DNA from: Candidatus Cloacimonadales bacterium
GTDB taxonomy: Bacteria; Cloacimonadota; Cloacimonadia; Cloacimonadales; JAIOQZ01
Assembly: GCA_963674825.1 (NCBI GenBank)
Contig: OY771587.1
Coordinates: 3,168,001 to 3,232,000 of the forward strand
Length of the DNA stretch: 64,000 bases
Direction of reading: 5' to 3'
Positions 36,513-45,643 of this stretch are shown piece by piece. The translations under genes and the position numbers were made by a program. The notes beneath the pieces are model-generated. The model searched no databases and was not told the DNA's origin. It worked only from the letters and a program-made list of their open reading frames with translations. The first letter of the stretch is position 1, and the number at the start of each line of letters is the position of its first letter.

Positions 36513-39350
36513 ATGCGACCTGGAATTATTGTGCTTGTACTTGTTTTGATGGTAACTGCTCTTGTGGCTGAAGGCGATTTCCTCTGGCAGGAAGGCGGAC
36601 TTCCGATTGTAATCAGCCAGGATGTGCGCTGGAACGGGAGTTCTGTAGAAACTCCTGACTGTGGTACAATCATAATATGGACCGAATTGCTGTCTGATAA
36701 TTATAATTTGTATGGAATGCGATTAGACGCTGAGAGCCAGATGATCTGGGATGAACCGCGTCTCTTAGTTGATGATGCCTTACCTGTTTTCGATGAGAAA
36801 ATCACTCTGGCTCCGGATGGGAGCATCTACATATCCTGGTTCGAACTTAGTGCGGGAACGATGAAAGTGAATCGATTCGATCTGGAGGGTAATCCGCAAT
36901 GGACTTCACCATTCAGTCAGGATTGCTATACGGGCTACTACTATGATGATAAATACAACTGTGGCATGATTCCAGTCATTGAAGGTGGCGTTTATGTCTT
37001 CTGGAAATCCGACAGTTCGAGCTATGCCATGCGCCTATCTGCAACTGGAGCACAGATTTGGGATGAGCCATTAGCCCTTTTCGACGAAATCTCCGAGTAT
37101 ACCTGGATCAAATGTGTTGTTTCTGATGGTCAGGATGGTTTTCTTGTAGCCAGCGACATATCCCAGGAAGATGAAGATGTAGTGGTAATCCAACATGTGC
37201 TTGATTATGGAGTGATTGACTGGAGCCTCAGTTTACCGGAGACTGAGATTCTCAAGCTGATTCAATCCGGCGATAATGAGTTTGCGGCGTTTAGTGTAGA
37301 AAATGGCGATCAGGATCAGTTCTGTCTGTATCGATTTAATCTGGGTGGCGAATTGATAGATGACGAACCTCTGACGATGGGTTGCTGTGATTACGCTCAT
37401 TCAATCGATATCTCGATAGACACTGAGGGAAACCTGTATCCTGGTTGGTCTTACTATGTCGACCAGACTGGGAGTATGTCTGTAGCGAAAGTTACCCCAG
37501 ACAACCAGATACTATGGCAGAACGATATGGATAACGATTCCAATTACAATTATGACAATATGCACGTAGATGTTGATGCTGCCGGGAATGTCTATCAGGC
37601 ATGGCAGGATAACACGATTAATGGCATCAGAGTATTGAAACTTAATCCCGATGGTGGATTGCACTGGAATAAACTGTTAGCTAGCGATGTGAATACCTAT
37701 AGTGGATACGTCAATATGGTTATGGACGCCCGGGAAGAAGGTGTTTGTTTTCTATGGTGCGATGCCAGTAATGAACATGAATCTATATTCAGGCAGATAT
37801 ATAGTGAAGGAGCTCTTCCCCAATTCGATGAGGAAAGCAGCGTGATTCATCAGGGATGGACAAACGATATCTACAACCTGTCCTATGCAGTGAGAGATGA
37901 ACCCCAGGATGAATTGTTCTTCTCTTGGTGGAATTATACCAACAAATCAATGTATGTTCAGTCGCTAAACATGGATGGTGAGCTTGGCCTGGAGCCACCA
38001 GGCATACAAATGGCAATCGGAATGCTATATGGAAACGAATGCCTGGCAATATTACCCTATGGTGATCTGTATTACATCGTGTGGGAATCAAGAGTAAATC
38101 ATTCGCATGGTCTCTATTGCAATCTTATTGATGCACAGGGAAACCGTCAATGGGCAGAAGATCTCCTGATATTAAGTCCATTTGTTTTCGATCTTACTGT
38201 CTCCTTGTATCAGGACCAATTACTGATTTATTGGCAACAGTTTGGATATGCCTGGCGGATGGAAATGGTAGCTCAACGCGTTATCAATGGGGAGCTTGCA
38301 TGGGAAGAGCCTGTTGTGATCGACGAGAATGTCAGCTACATTTGCTGCGCAAAGGATGACTATGTAGTCTGGACGGACAGCAGAAACCGTCTTAATGCTC
38401 TGCGTCTCGATGAGAGTGGTGAACCGTGCGAAGGTTGGGGCGATGAAGGTGTTAATCCTGGAGAGGATCATTCGGCATTTACATGCTTTCTGGAAAAAAT
38501 GGACGATGGCATTGCGATAGTGTGGCGCGAATCAAGTAACGGCACACTATTGGTGAGAATGCAAATCCTTCACGAAGACGGCACACTCGAATTCGATGAA
38601 TGCCCTGTACTCGCGCAGAGCTCGTATTTGTCAATTGAAGATGTCGCGATCAATAACAGCACTGTGTTTGCTACCATCGTCTCTAATGGAGCAATGTCGA
38701 TGGTTGCCTGCGATTTAGCAGGAAACACCCTTTGGGACGAGCCAGTCGTGATCGATCCCGCTATGTACAATTCAGGAAACATGGCTTCGACGCCGGACGG
38801 TATCCTTGTGACATATTCAAAGTATGTAGAGGAAGATTATCACTACGATCTCTATTTACAGCATGTCGATTTCGATGGAAACATGTGGAGCGAACCAAAG
38901 ATGGTTTGCGGACATCGTGGCTATCGGTATGAAGGGAAGATCGTTGCTGCACCCGATAACAAGTACTTCATCACTTGGCTGGATACACGGGATATGCTCG
39001 AGAAGTATTTCCTTTATTCTCAGCTCTACCAATACGAGCCGGTAGCCATCGACGATCGGACCGCTATCCCCGCGTGGGATCCGAACCTGACAACCTACCC
39101 TAACCCGTTTAACCCTGAAACGACGGTGCAATTCTCGTTGCAGAAGGACACGAAAGTAGCGCTGAAGGTTTATAACGTGAAGGGGCAGTTGGTCAGAACG
39201 CTTTGCGATGAAGTGCTGCCATTAGGTGAGCATCAAATCGAGTGGGATGGACGGGATAACATTGACAAGAATGTATCCAGCGGAGTCTATCTGATCAATC
39301 TGAACGTCAACGGCAGGGTTTATCGTAGCAAGGCTTTACTACTGAAATAA
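36513..39350 (+). CDS. P4: paralog of P1; lead gene of the plus-strand triplet
   Basis: ATG 36513 behind GGAGG; signal peptide; LWQEGGLP; same repeats and CTD. Confidence 0.88.
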   Translation: MRPGIIVLVLVLMVTALVAEGDFLWQEGGLPIVISQDVRWNGSSVETPDCGTIIIWTELLSDNYNLYGMRLDAESQMIWDEPRLLVDDALPVFDEKITLAPDGSIYISWFELSAGTMKVNRFDLEGNPQWTSPFSQDCYTGYYYDDKYNCGMIPVIEGGVYVFWKSDSSSYAMRLSATGAQIWDEPLALFDEISEYTWIKCVVSDGQDGFLVASDISQEDEDVVVIQHVLDYGVIDWSLSLPETEILKLIQSGDNEFAAFSVENGDQDQFCLYRFNLGGELIDDEPLTMGCCDYAHSIDISIDTEGNLYPGWSYYVDQTGSMSVAKVTPDNQILWQNDMDNDSNYNYDNMHVDVDAAGNVYQAWQDNTINGIRVLKLNPDGGLHWNKLLASDVNTYSGYVNMVMDAREEGVCFLWCDASNEHESIFRQIYSEGALPQFDEESSVIHQGWTNDIYNLSYAVRDEPQDELFFSWWNYTNKSMYVQSLNMDGELGLEPPGIQMAIGMLYGNECLAILPYGDLYYIVWESRVNHSHGLYCNLIDAQGNRQWAEDLLILSPFVFDLTVSLYQDQLLIYWQQFGYAWRMEMVAQRVINGELAWEEPVVIDENVSYICCAKDDYVVWTDSRNRLNALRLDESGEPCEGWGDEGVNPGEDHSAFTCFLEKMDDGIAIVWRESSNGTLLVRMQILHEDGTLEFDECPVLAQSSYLSIEDVAINNSTVFATIVSNGAMSMVACDLAGNTLWDEPVVIDPAMYNSGNMASTPDGILVTYSKYVEEDYHYDLYLQHVDFDGNMWSEPKMVCGHRGYRYEGKIVAAPDNKYFITWLDTRDMLEKYFLYSQLYQYEPVAIDDRTAIPAWDPNLTTYPNPFNPETTVQFSLQKDTKVALKVYNVKGQLVRTLCDEVLPLGEHQIEWDGRDNIDKNVSSGVYLINLNVNGRVYRSKALLLK

Positions 39351-39553
39351 TTTCGGCTTTTACGAAGTAAAAACGAAATGATCGAACGAAAGCCTTTTTC
39401 GGCTTTCACAAAGTGAAAACGAAAACATGAGCGTTGTTATTTTCGGCTTTGACGAAGTCAAAACGAAAACCATTTGCGCACCGAATTCATGTTAGCGGAA
39501 TAATCTTCGACAATCTCCTTTCGCGAAGCGAAATAGCGAAAGTGGATAACTCG
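39351..39553. repeat. Three 28-bp hairpin repeats plus a 72-bp element duplicated at 42616-42687
   Basis: TTTCGGCTTT-NAC-RAA-GTN-AAAACGAAA at 39351-39378, 39397-39424 and 39441-39468; 39482-39553 is identical to 42616-42687. Confidence 0.9.
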
Positions 39554-39643
39554 GGCTAATGTCGCTTAATTGACTGCGGTCCTAGCTTAGAATCTTTTAT
39601 TTAACACAGCCTCCAATACTACACGTCGAAAGGAGTTTCTTGA

Positions 39644-42562
39644 ATGCGAACATGTTTGATAACCGTGTTACTTCTCTTTATAAGTCTGTTACTGGCCACA
39701 GAAGAGCTGATCTGGCAGGAAGACGGTTTACCGGTCTATATCAATCACAATATCAAGTATGACGGTGCTTGCGTTCAGGGAGAGGATGGTGGATTTCTTG
39801 TACTTTGGACGGAATATCTAGCTGATGGCAATGGTATCCGCTGTATGCGGTTTGATGCTTCCGGCAACGAGATATGGGATTTATATCGGACCATCGCAAG
39901 CGATGAAGCCCCGTTCTATGCACTCCGCATGATACGATCGTGCGACGGAAACCTTTTCGTGTTCTGGTATTGCTGTGAGGAGGATGGAGATTTCCGCGGT
40001 ATGGTGACGAAGCTTGACTGGGATGCAACACCACTGTGGGAGCAACCGGTGAACGCCACCGGCTCGGTCGAATCCAAGATGCCCGTTTTTAAACTCGTCA
40101 CCGATAATAATGGTGGTGTTTATGTCCTCTGGATGTCGAATTACAATACATACTACTATACACTGTCCGTGAATCATGTCGATAGCAACGGCATGCTCGA
40201 TTGGGAAACTGGCGCTATCAGCCTGTTCGAGGATTACCATTATCTGGAGGATGAAATAAATGTCTGTCCCGATGGCGAGGGCGGGATCGTCGTATCGGGG
40301 ATCATTGATAACGGATTCGATTACTATGGTGCACTCTCGATTCAGCGCGTAACACCGGAAGGCGATACGCCAATGGGGGAGAACGGCTTCACCGAGCTTG
40401 GAGAAGATACCTACCGATGGAATTATTTCTCGGAAATCCTTTTAACGAGAGAAGACGAATTCGCGCTTTTCAGCACCTGGAGTGATTCATCCGGGGTCGG
40501 GTATCGACTCGACAGGCTGGATATCGACGGTGAAATCCTTTCCGAAACAAATTGTGAGTGGACTCGCACAATCACAACCAGTTGTCTGTTCACTACAGCA
40601 ATGGACAGTGAAGACAACCTAATCGTCGGTTGGGTAGATAATATCAGCAATAGACCGCGGTTTTACCTCGACAAGATATCGCCGGAGAACGAGCATCTCT
40701 GGATTCAGGATGGCGAGATCGAGAATATCGGCGATTACGGTAATGTCGAGACAATGCAGCTCGCGGTCGATGCGGACGATAACCTTTATCAGGTATGGAC
40801 TCTGGCCAATGATGATCAATCGCTTCGGCTTCAGCGATACAATAGCGGCGGCAATCCATGCTGGGACATCGACGGGCTGATTGTTGTCGATGAAGTCTCC
40901 AGTATCGGCGAAATATCCATTCTCGTCGGCGGACAATCCGGATTTCTGGTTTGGCTGGATGACCGGACCAACTTCCCGAGTATATATCGACAGTCGTTTG
41001 ACGAATACGGCAACCTTGTATGGGACGGCGATGCAGTTGTAAGCAGAGGATGGGACAGTACGGGATCGACATCGGTCTTTTCCGATCGAAAGAAGCATGG
41101 CCAGGAGTGCATATATTTCGCCTGGTACAACAGTTACGATAACTCAGTCTATCTGCAAAACGTTGATATCACTGGTGTGTACGGTGAAATGGAACCGGGC
41201 AGGAAGATTCTCGGTGATGAAACTTGCGGTTATACCATTCACGCGGTCGAGTACATCGACGGAGATGCGTTTGTGGTCTGGACGCAGTACGACGATCAGA
41301 TTACATCGACATGCGTGAACCGGTTTGATCGTCAGGGAAATCGACGATGGCACCAGGACCTGGTTGTTCTGGAATATGAAACGAACGACGAGACGGATTA
41401 CTCCAACCTGAAAGTGGGAAGATATCTGGACGATCTGATGATCGGCTGGGAGGAACAAGCTTCCTATTTTGAGAGAGTGAAGCTTCAACGGGTCTCGGAC
41501 GGACAGCTTGCCTGGGACGAGCCGGTCGCAATCGGTGAAGATACCGTACATAGTCTTTCGTTGATGGCTATAATCGATAACTACGTTGTCTGGAAGGATA
41601 ACCTCTATCGCGTGTTACGTATTACCGACGACGGATTACCATACGAGGGATGGGAGCAGGAAGGACTCCGCATCATGAATATCGACGCGAACCACAATAA
41701 CTGGCACTATTTCAACACGGAGGAAGGACTTCTCATCGTCTGGGAGATGGAAAACGAAATTACGAACACCATTCGTGTTCAACTGTTTCATCAGGACGGT
41801 TCGATTGAGTGGAACAACAGCCATGCGATTGTCGTCGATAATTACCTCTATAACATGCATGCAGCAATCAATGGTAAGGATCTCTTTGTCTCGTGGCAGA
41901 GCGGCGAAATCAATTTCGAGGCATTCAATCTAGAAGGTAACGCGCTTTGGGATTCTACCAAAGTCCTTGATCAGGACGGAAGCATCAACGATATGGAAAT
42001 TGTTGCTGGTGGTGTCCTATTCACGTATTATTACTCCGAGGGAAATTATTACAATTACGATGTCGGGATGCAATACCTATCGCCGGATGGAACCTTTTGG
42101 AGCGAACCACTGATCGTGTGCGACGCGCCTTCTCGGCAGATATATCCCGAGCTTGTCAAAGCGGTGGGGGATACTTACTTCGTGACGTGGATGGATAACC
42201 GCGATGGCACAAGCGCCTACAAACCCTACCTGCAACTCTACCAGTTTGAACCTGTATCGATCGACGCTCCCACCGACATCCCCGCGTGGAGTCCGAATCT
42301 GTCAACCTACCCCAATCCTTTCAACCCGGAAACGACGGTGCAATTCTCACTGCAGAAGGACACGAAAGTAGCGCTGAAGGTTTATAACGTGAAGGGGCAG
42401 TTGGTGAGAACACTTTGCGATGAAGTGCTGCCATTAGGCGAGCATCAAATCGAGTGGGATGGACGGGATAATGTTGATAAGAACGTCTCCAGCGGCGTCT
42501 ATCTGATCAATCTGAACGTCAATGGCAGGGATTATCGGAGCAAGGCGTTGCTGCTGAAGTAA
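39644..42562 (+). CDS. P5: paralog of P1
   Basis: AGGAG RBS; signal peptide; IWQEDGLP; same repeats and CTD. Confidence 0.88.
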   Translation: MRTCLITVLLLFISLLLATEELIWQEDGLPVYINHNIKYDGACVQGEDGGFLVLWTEYLADGNGIRCMRFDASGNEIWDLYRTIASDEAPFYALRMIRSCDGNLFVFWYCCEEDGDFRGMVTKLDWDATPLWEQPVNATGSVESKMPVFKLVTDNNGGVYVLWMSNYNTYYYTLSVNHVDSNGMLDWETGAISLFEDYHYLEDEINVCPDGEGGIVVSGIIDNGFDYYGALSIQRVTPEGDTPMGENGFTELGEDTYRWNYFSEILLTREDEFALFSTWSDSSGVGYRLDRLDIDGEILSETNCEWTRTITTSCLFTTAMDSEDNLIVGWVDNISNRPRFYLDKISPENEHLWIQDGEIENIGDYGNVETMQLAVDADDNLYQVWTLANDDQSLRLQRYNSGGNPCWDIDGLIVVDEVSSIGEISILVGGQSGFLVWLDDRTNFPSIYRQSFDEYGNLVWDGDAVVSRGWDSTGSTSVFSDRKKHGQECIYFAWYNSYDNSVYLQNVDITGVYGEMEPGRKILGDETCGYTIHAVEYIDGDAFVVWTQYDDQITSTCVNRFDRQGNRRWHQDLVVLEYETNDETDYSNLKVGRYLDDLMIGWEEQASYFERVKLQRVSDGQLAWDEPVAIGEDTVHSLSLMAIIDNYVVWKDNLYRVLRITDDGLPYEGWEQEGLRIMNIDANHNNWHYFNTEEGLLIVWEMENEITNTIRVQLFHQDGSIEWNNSHAIVVDNYLYNMHAAINGKDLFVSWQSGEINFEAFNLEGNALWDSTKVLDQDGSINDMEIVAGGVLFTYYYSEGNYYNYDVGMQYLSPDGTFWSEPLIVCDAPSRQIYPELVKAVGDTYFVTWMDNRDGTSAYKPYLQLYQFEPVSIDAPTDIPAWSPNLSTYPNPFNPETTVQFSLQKDTKVALKVYNVKGQLVRTLCDEVLPLGEHQIEWDGRDNVDKNVSSGVYLINLNVNGRDYRSKALLLK

Positions 42563-42687
42563 TTTCGGCTTTCACAAAGTGAAAACGAATACATGAGCGT
42601 TGTGAGTTCGCGTAGCGAATTCATGTTAGCGGAATAATCTTCGACAATCTCCTTTCGCGAAGCGAAATAGCGAAAGTGGATAACTCG
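42563..42687. repeat. Second copy of the hairpin-rich intergenic element
   Basis: 42563-42603 matches 39397-39437 with one mismatch; 42616-42687 is identical to 39482-39553. Confidence 0.9.
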
Positions 42688-42703
42688 TACGGTTGTTGGT
42701 TGT

Positions 42704-42735
42704 TATCTGATCAATCTGAACGTCAACGACAGGGA
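42704..42735 (+). pseudogene. 32-bp relic of a paralog 3' end (codons YLINLNVN) in the P6 leader
   Basis: TATCTGATCAATCTGAACGTCAACGACAGGGA matches 42500-42531 (P5) and 45581-45612 (P6) at 30/32, and 39288-39318 (P4) at 30/31. Confidence 0.8.
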
Positions 42736-42742
42736 GTAAGTT

Positions 42743-45643
42743 ATGGTGCGATTAATTTTGATTCTATACCTTTTTGCAGGATTAACCGGTTTGTGTGCGA
42801 ATGCTCAAATCCTTTGGGGTGAGACGGGTGTACCTGTCGTGGTGAGCGATAATCTACAGTACTCTGGAGGTACTGCTCAACTCGAAGATGGCAGCACGAT
42901 TGTTGTGTGGAGCAAAAACGCCAATGGAGAACGCGTCATCTACGCTATGCGATATGACAGCTCAGGGCAGGAGATGTGGGCGTTTCCTCATAATGTTTAC
43001 GAGAGTGATGCCTACCCGTTTTATGTGAAAGTAAAATTGCTCTCCGACGGTAACTTGATGCTGTATTGGGTTGAAGAGGAGTATTATGAAGATTCTTCGA
43101 CCCGAATGCTGAGAATCACCGATGAAGGTGATCCGCTATGGGAGCAGCCGTTAACATTTGAGGGATCGTGGGAATATTACGCCTACAATTGCATCCCTGA
43201 CAATGCTGGTGGCGTATATCTTGAATCTCAATTTGAGTACACGCCTGTAACGTGCAGTCATATAAGCGACGATGGAATCCTCGATTGGGAGATCGAGATG
43301 TTTGAAGGAAACAACGTGTTCCTCTATCGATTTCCAAGCTGTCCCGATGGAGATGGCGGGATTATATCCGCCAAGAAGGTATGTGTCTATGATCCGATGT
43401 CTTATTATGTCGCGGTTCAACGTATAACGCTGGACGGTGACACTCCATGGGGTGATAACGGCTATGTTGGTTTTACATACAACAGTGTAATAACTTATCC
43501 GGACATCGTTCAAACGGGAGAGAATGAATTCACAGTGGTATGGCTAAATACGTACGACACTCCCTCGATCGATGTAAGAAGAATCGACTGCGATGGACTG
43601 ACCCTATCAGAGGCTACACTTCCGCTTGATGTTGGCATCAATGCGAATGAGATTAGGGCGCGCGCAATCAGCGATGACAGTGGGAATATTTTCTTTGCCT
43701 GGTCCGAAGAATACAACACTGAGAATAACGCTTACATTGCTAAAATTGATCCCGACAATCAACTCGAGTGGCTTTTCTCGGCAGGTTCATCATTCGACTC
43801 TGTGGTGGATATGGAGATAGCGCTGGATGATGAGTTCAATCTGAATTTATTATGGTTGAACTCGTATCATGATTTGATGATGCAGAAAATCGACACCGAC
43901 GGTGTCGTACAATGGAACTCGTCAGGAATTCTCATCGCTGAAGATGTCGGATACTATTACGATCAAAGCCTGGTCTCGATTGAGAATGCCATGCTTGTAT
44001 TCTGGATGGAGAATATCGACTTGGAAGAACGGGTATGTAAACAGAAGGTCGGCTGTGAAGGTGTGCCAGAGTGGGAAGGAGATGACCTCGAAATTGTTAG
44101 AGGTAACAAATACTTTGCCAGCTCCTTATGCTTTTCAGAATGCAATGACAGCTCTGACAGGCTGGCATATAGTTGGCGTAATTCGGATTGCCTTTTCCAA
44201 ACGATTGATTTTAACGGTGAATACTCCGCACCCGACCCGTGTCCTATTATCACGAGTGAGTATAGCGGACAGAACAGCATCATGTCAATAGAGCGTATCG
44301 ATGAGGATTATGTGATTGTCTGGGATCACCATCTAAGTTCAATCTACGAGCTTTGTGTTAATCGGTTCGATGTTGAGGGTAATCGTGTTTGGGATGAGGA
44401 TATTGTTCTTTGCCAGACGAATATCTATACCGAGAACCCTCCTCAACGTGTACGTGTGGAAACTGGCTCAGGGGATCCTCTTATATATTGGAGCCAGAGC
44501 TATGTGACAGACAACAAGATCAAGATGCAGAAGATTATCGACGGACAGATCGCATGGCCGGAGCCGAAACTTGTGTATCACAGCCTGACATCGGGCATAC
44601 TACTGGTTGATGTGGTTGACGATTACGTAATCTGGTGGGATCTATCAAGCCAGGTTTTGTGCGTCATGCGTGTTACCCTGAATGGTGAGCCATACGAGGG
44701 CTGGGCCGATAATGGGCTGCAGGTCCTGTCCTATGAGAATCTATGGACTGATCCGCTGTATCAAAAGAATGAACAGGGGCTTGTGGTTGTATGGCCGGAA
44801 GAAATCAATGGTGAGGTCACGCTATACCTTCAGATTGTGAATTCCGATGGTACATTGTATTGGGAGACCGCGATCGAACTGATGGAACAGGAATCCCCAA
44901 GTAATCTACAGTATGTGGTTTCGGGAAACGTCGTCTATGCACTTTGGCAGGAATGGGACGAGTATCACTCATTGCCAGAAGTTTTCGCCGAGGCTGTCAA
45001 CCTGAATGGTGAGGCTTTGTGGGATTCCGAATCGAGTCTTATCGATAATTTCGGAACGCTTTGTGATGCAGTCCAGACACCAGATGGATGTATGTTTGTC
45101 GGTTACCATCGTTACGATGATGGACGACGGTGTGATATTTTAATGCAGCATGTCAACAGTGAAAGGATTGTCTGGGACGAAACCATGACAGTCTGCGGCT
45201 TGGCAGGTAATCAAGTTGATCCTGAGATTCATCGTGCGGCGGATAATAAGTACTTCGTGACGTGGGAGGATACCCGGAATCTGGCGTTTACTGCCGGTGA
45301 AGACATCTTTGCCCAGCTTATTCAATACGAGCCGGTAGCCATTGACGATCCGACTGCAATCCCCACGTGGGATCCGAATCTGTCAACCTACCCCAATCCT
45401 TTCAACCCGGAAACGACGGTGCAGTTCTCGCTGCAGAAGGAAACGAAAGTAGCGCTGAAGGTTTATAACGTGAAGGGCCAGTTGGTCAGAACACTTTGCG
45501 ATGAAGTGCTGCCATTAGGCGAACATCACATAGAATGGGATGGACGGGATAATGTTGATAGGAAAGTCTCCAGCGGAGTTTACCTGATCAATCTGAACGT
45601 CAACGGCAGGGATTATCGGAGCAAGGCGCTGCTGCTGAAGTAA
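42743..45643 (+). CDS. P6: paralog of P1
   Basis: Signal peptide; LWGETGVP; same repeats and CTD. Confidence 0.88.
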   Translation: MVRLILILYLFAGLTGLCANAQILWGETGVPVVVSDNLQYSGGTAQLEDGSTIVVWSKNANGERVIYAMRYDSSGQEMWAFPHNVYESDAYPFYVKVKLLSDGNLMLYWVEEEYYEDSSTRMLRITDEGDPLWEQPLTFEGSWEYYAYNCIPDNAGGVYLESQFEYTPVTCSHISDDGILDWEIEMFEGNNVFLYRFPSCPDGDGGIISAKKVCVYDPMSYYVAVQRITLDGDTPWGDNGYVGFTYNSVITYPDIVQTGENEFTVVWLNTYDTPSIDVRRIDCDGLTLSEATLPLDVGINANEIRARAISDDSGNIFFAWSEEYNTENNAYIAKIDPDNQLEWLFSAGSSFDSVVDMEIALDDEFNLNLLWLNSYHDLMMQKIDTDGVVQWNSSGILIAEDVGYYYDQSLVSIENAMLVFWMENIDLEERVCKQKVGCEGVPEWEGDDLEIVRGNKYFASSLCFSECNDSSDRLAYSWRNSDCLFQTIDFNGEYSAPDPCPIITSEYSGQNSIMSIERIDEDYVIVWDHHLSSIYELCVNRFDVEGNRVWDEDIVLCQTNIYTENPPQRVRVETGSGDPLIYWSQSYVTDNKIKMQKIIDGQIAWPEPKLVYHSLTSGILLVDVVDDYVIWWDLSSQVLCVMRVTLNGEPYEGWADNGLQVLSYENLWTDPLYQKNEQGLVVVWPEEINGEVTLYLQIVNSDGTLYWETAIELMEQESPSNLQYVVSGNVVYALWQEWDEYHSLPEVFAEAVNLNGEALWDSESSLIDNFGTLCDAVQTPDGCMFVGYHRYDDGRRCDILMQHVNSERIVWDETMTVCGLAGNQVDPEIHRAADNKYFVTWEDTRNLAFTAGEDIFAQLIQYEPVAIDDPTAIPTWDPNLSTYPNPFNPETTVQFSLQKETKVALKVYNVKGQLVRTLCDEVLPLGEHHIEWDGRDNVDRKVSSGVYLINLNVNGRDYRSKALLLK

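Noticed and set aside
39351..39468. Possible mini-CRISPR array
   Set aside because: Spacers are only 16-18 nt, the repeats vary by covariation, and there are no cas genes or leader.
39351..42742. Integron cassette array with attC sites
   Set aside because: No RYYYAAC...GTTRRRY arrangement (the order is GTT...AAC), the genes are ~2.9 kb with their own promoter candidates, and no integrase is present.
39030..45643. Diversity-generating retroelement (similar 3' ends followed by GNA-loop hairpins)
   Set aside because: Differences are mostly synonymous and not adenine-specific, the similar region is the constant CTD, and there is no reverse transcriptase or template repeat in the window.
21674..45643. 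Large inversion between the oppositely oriented triplets
   Set aside because: DNA similarity between the minus and plus groups is only moderate, with no long perfect inverted repeat or recombinase seen.
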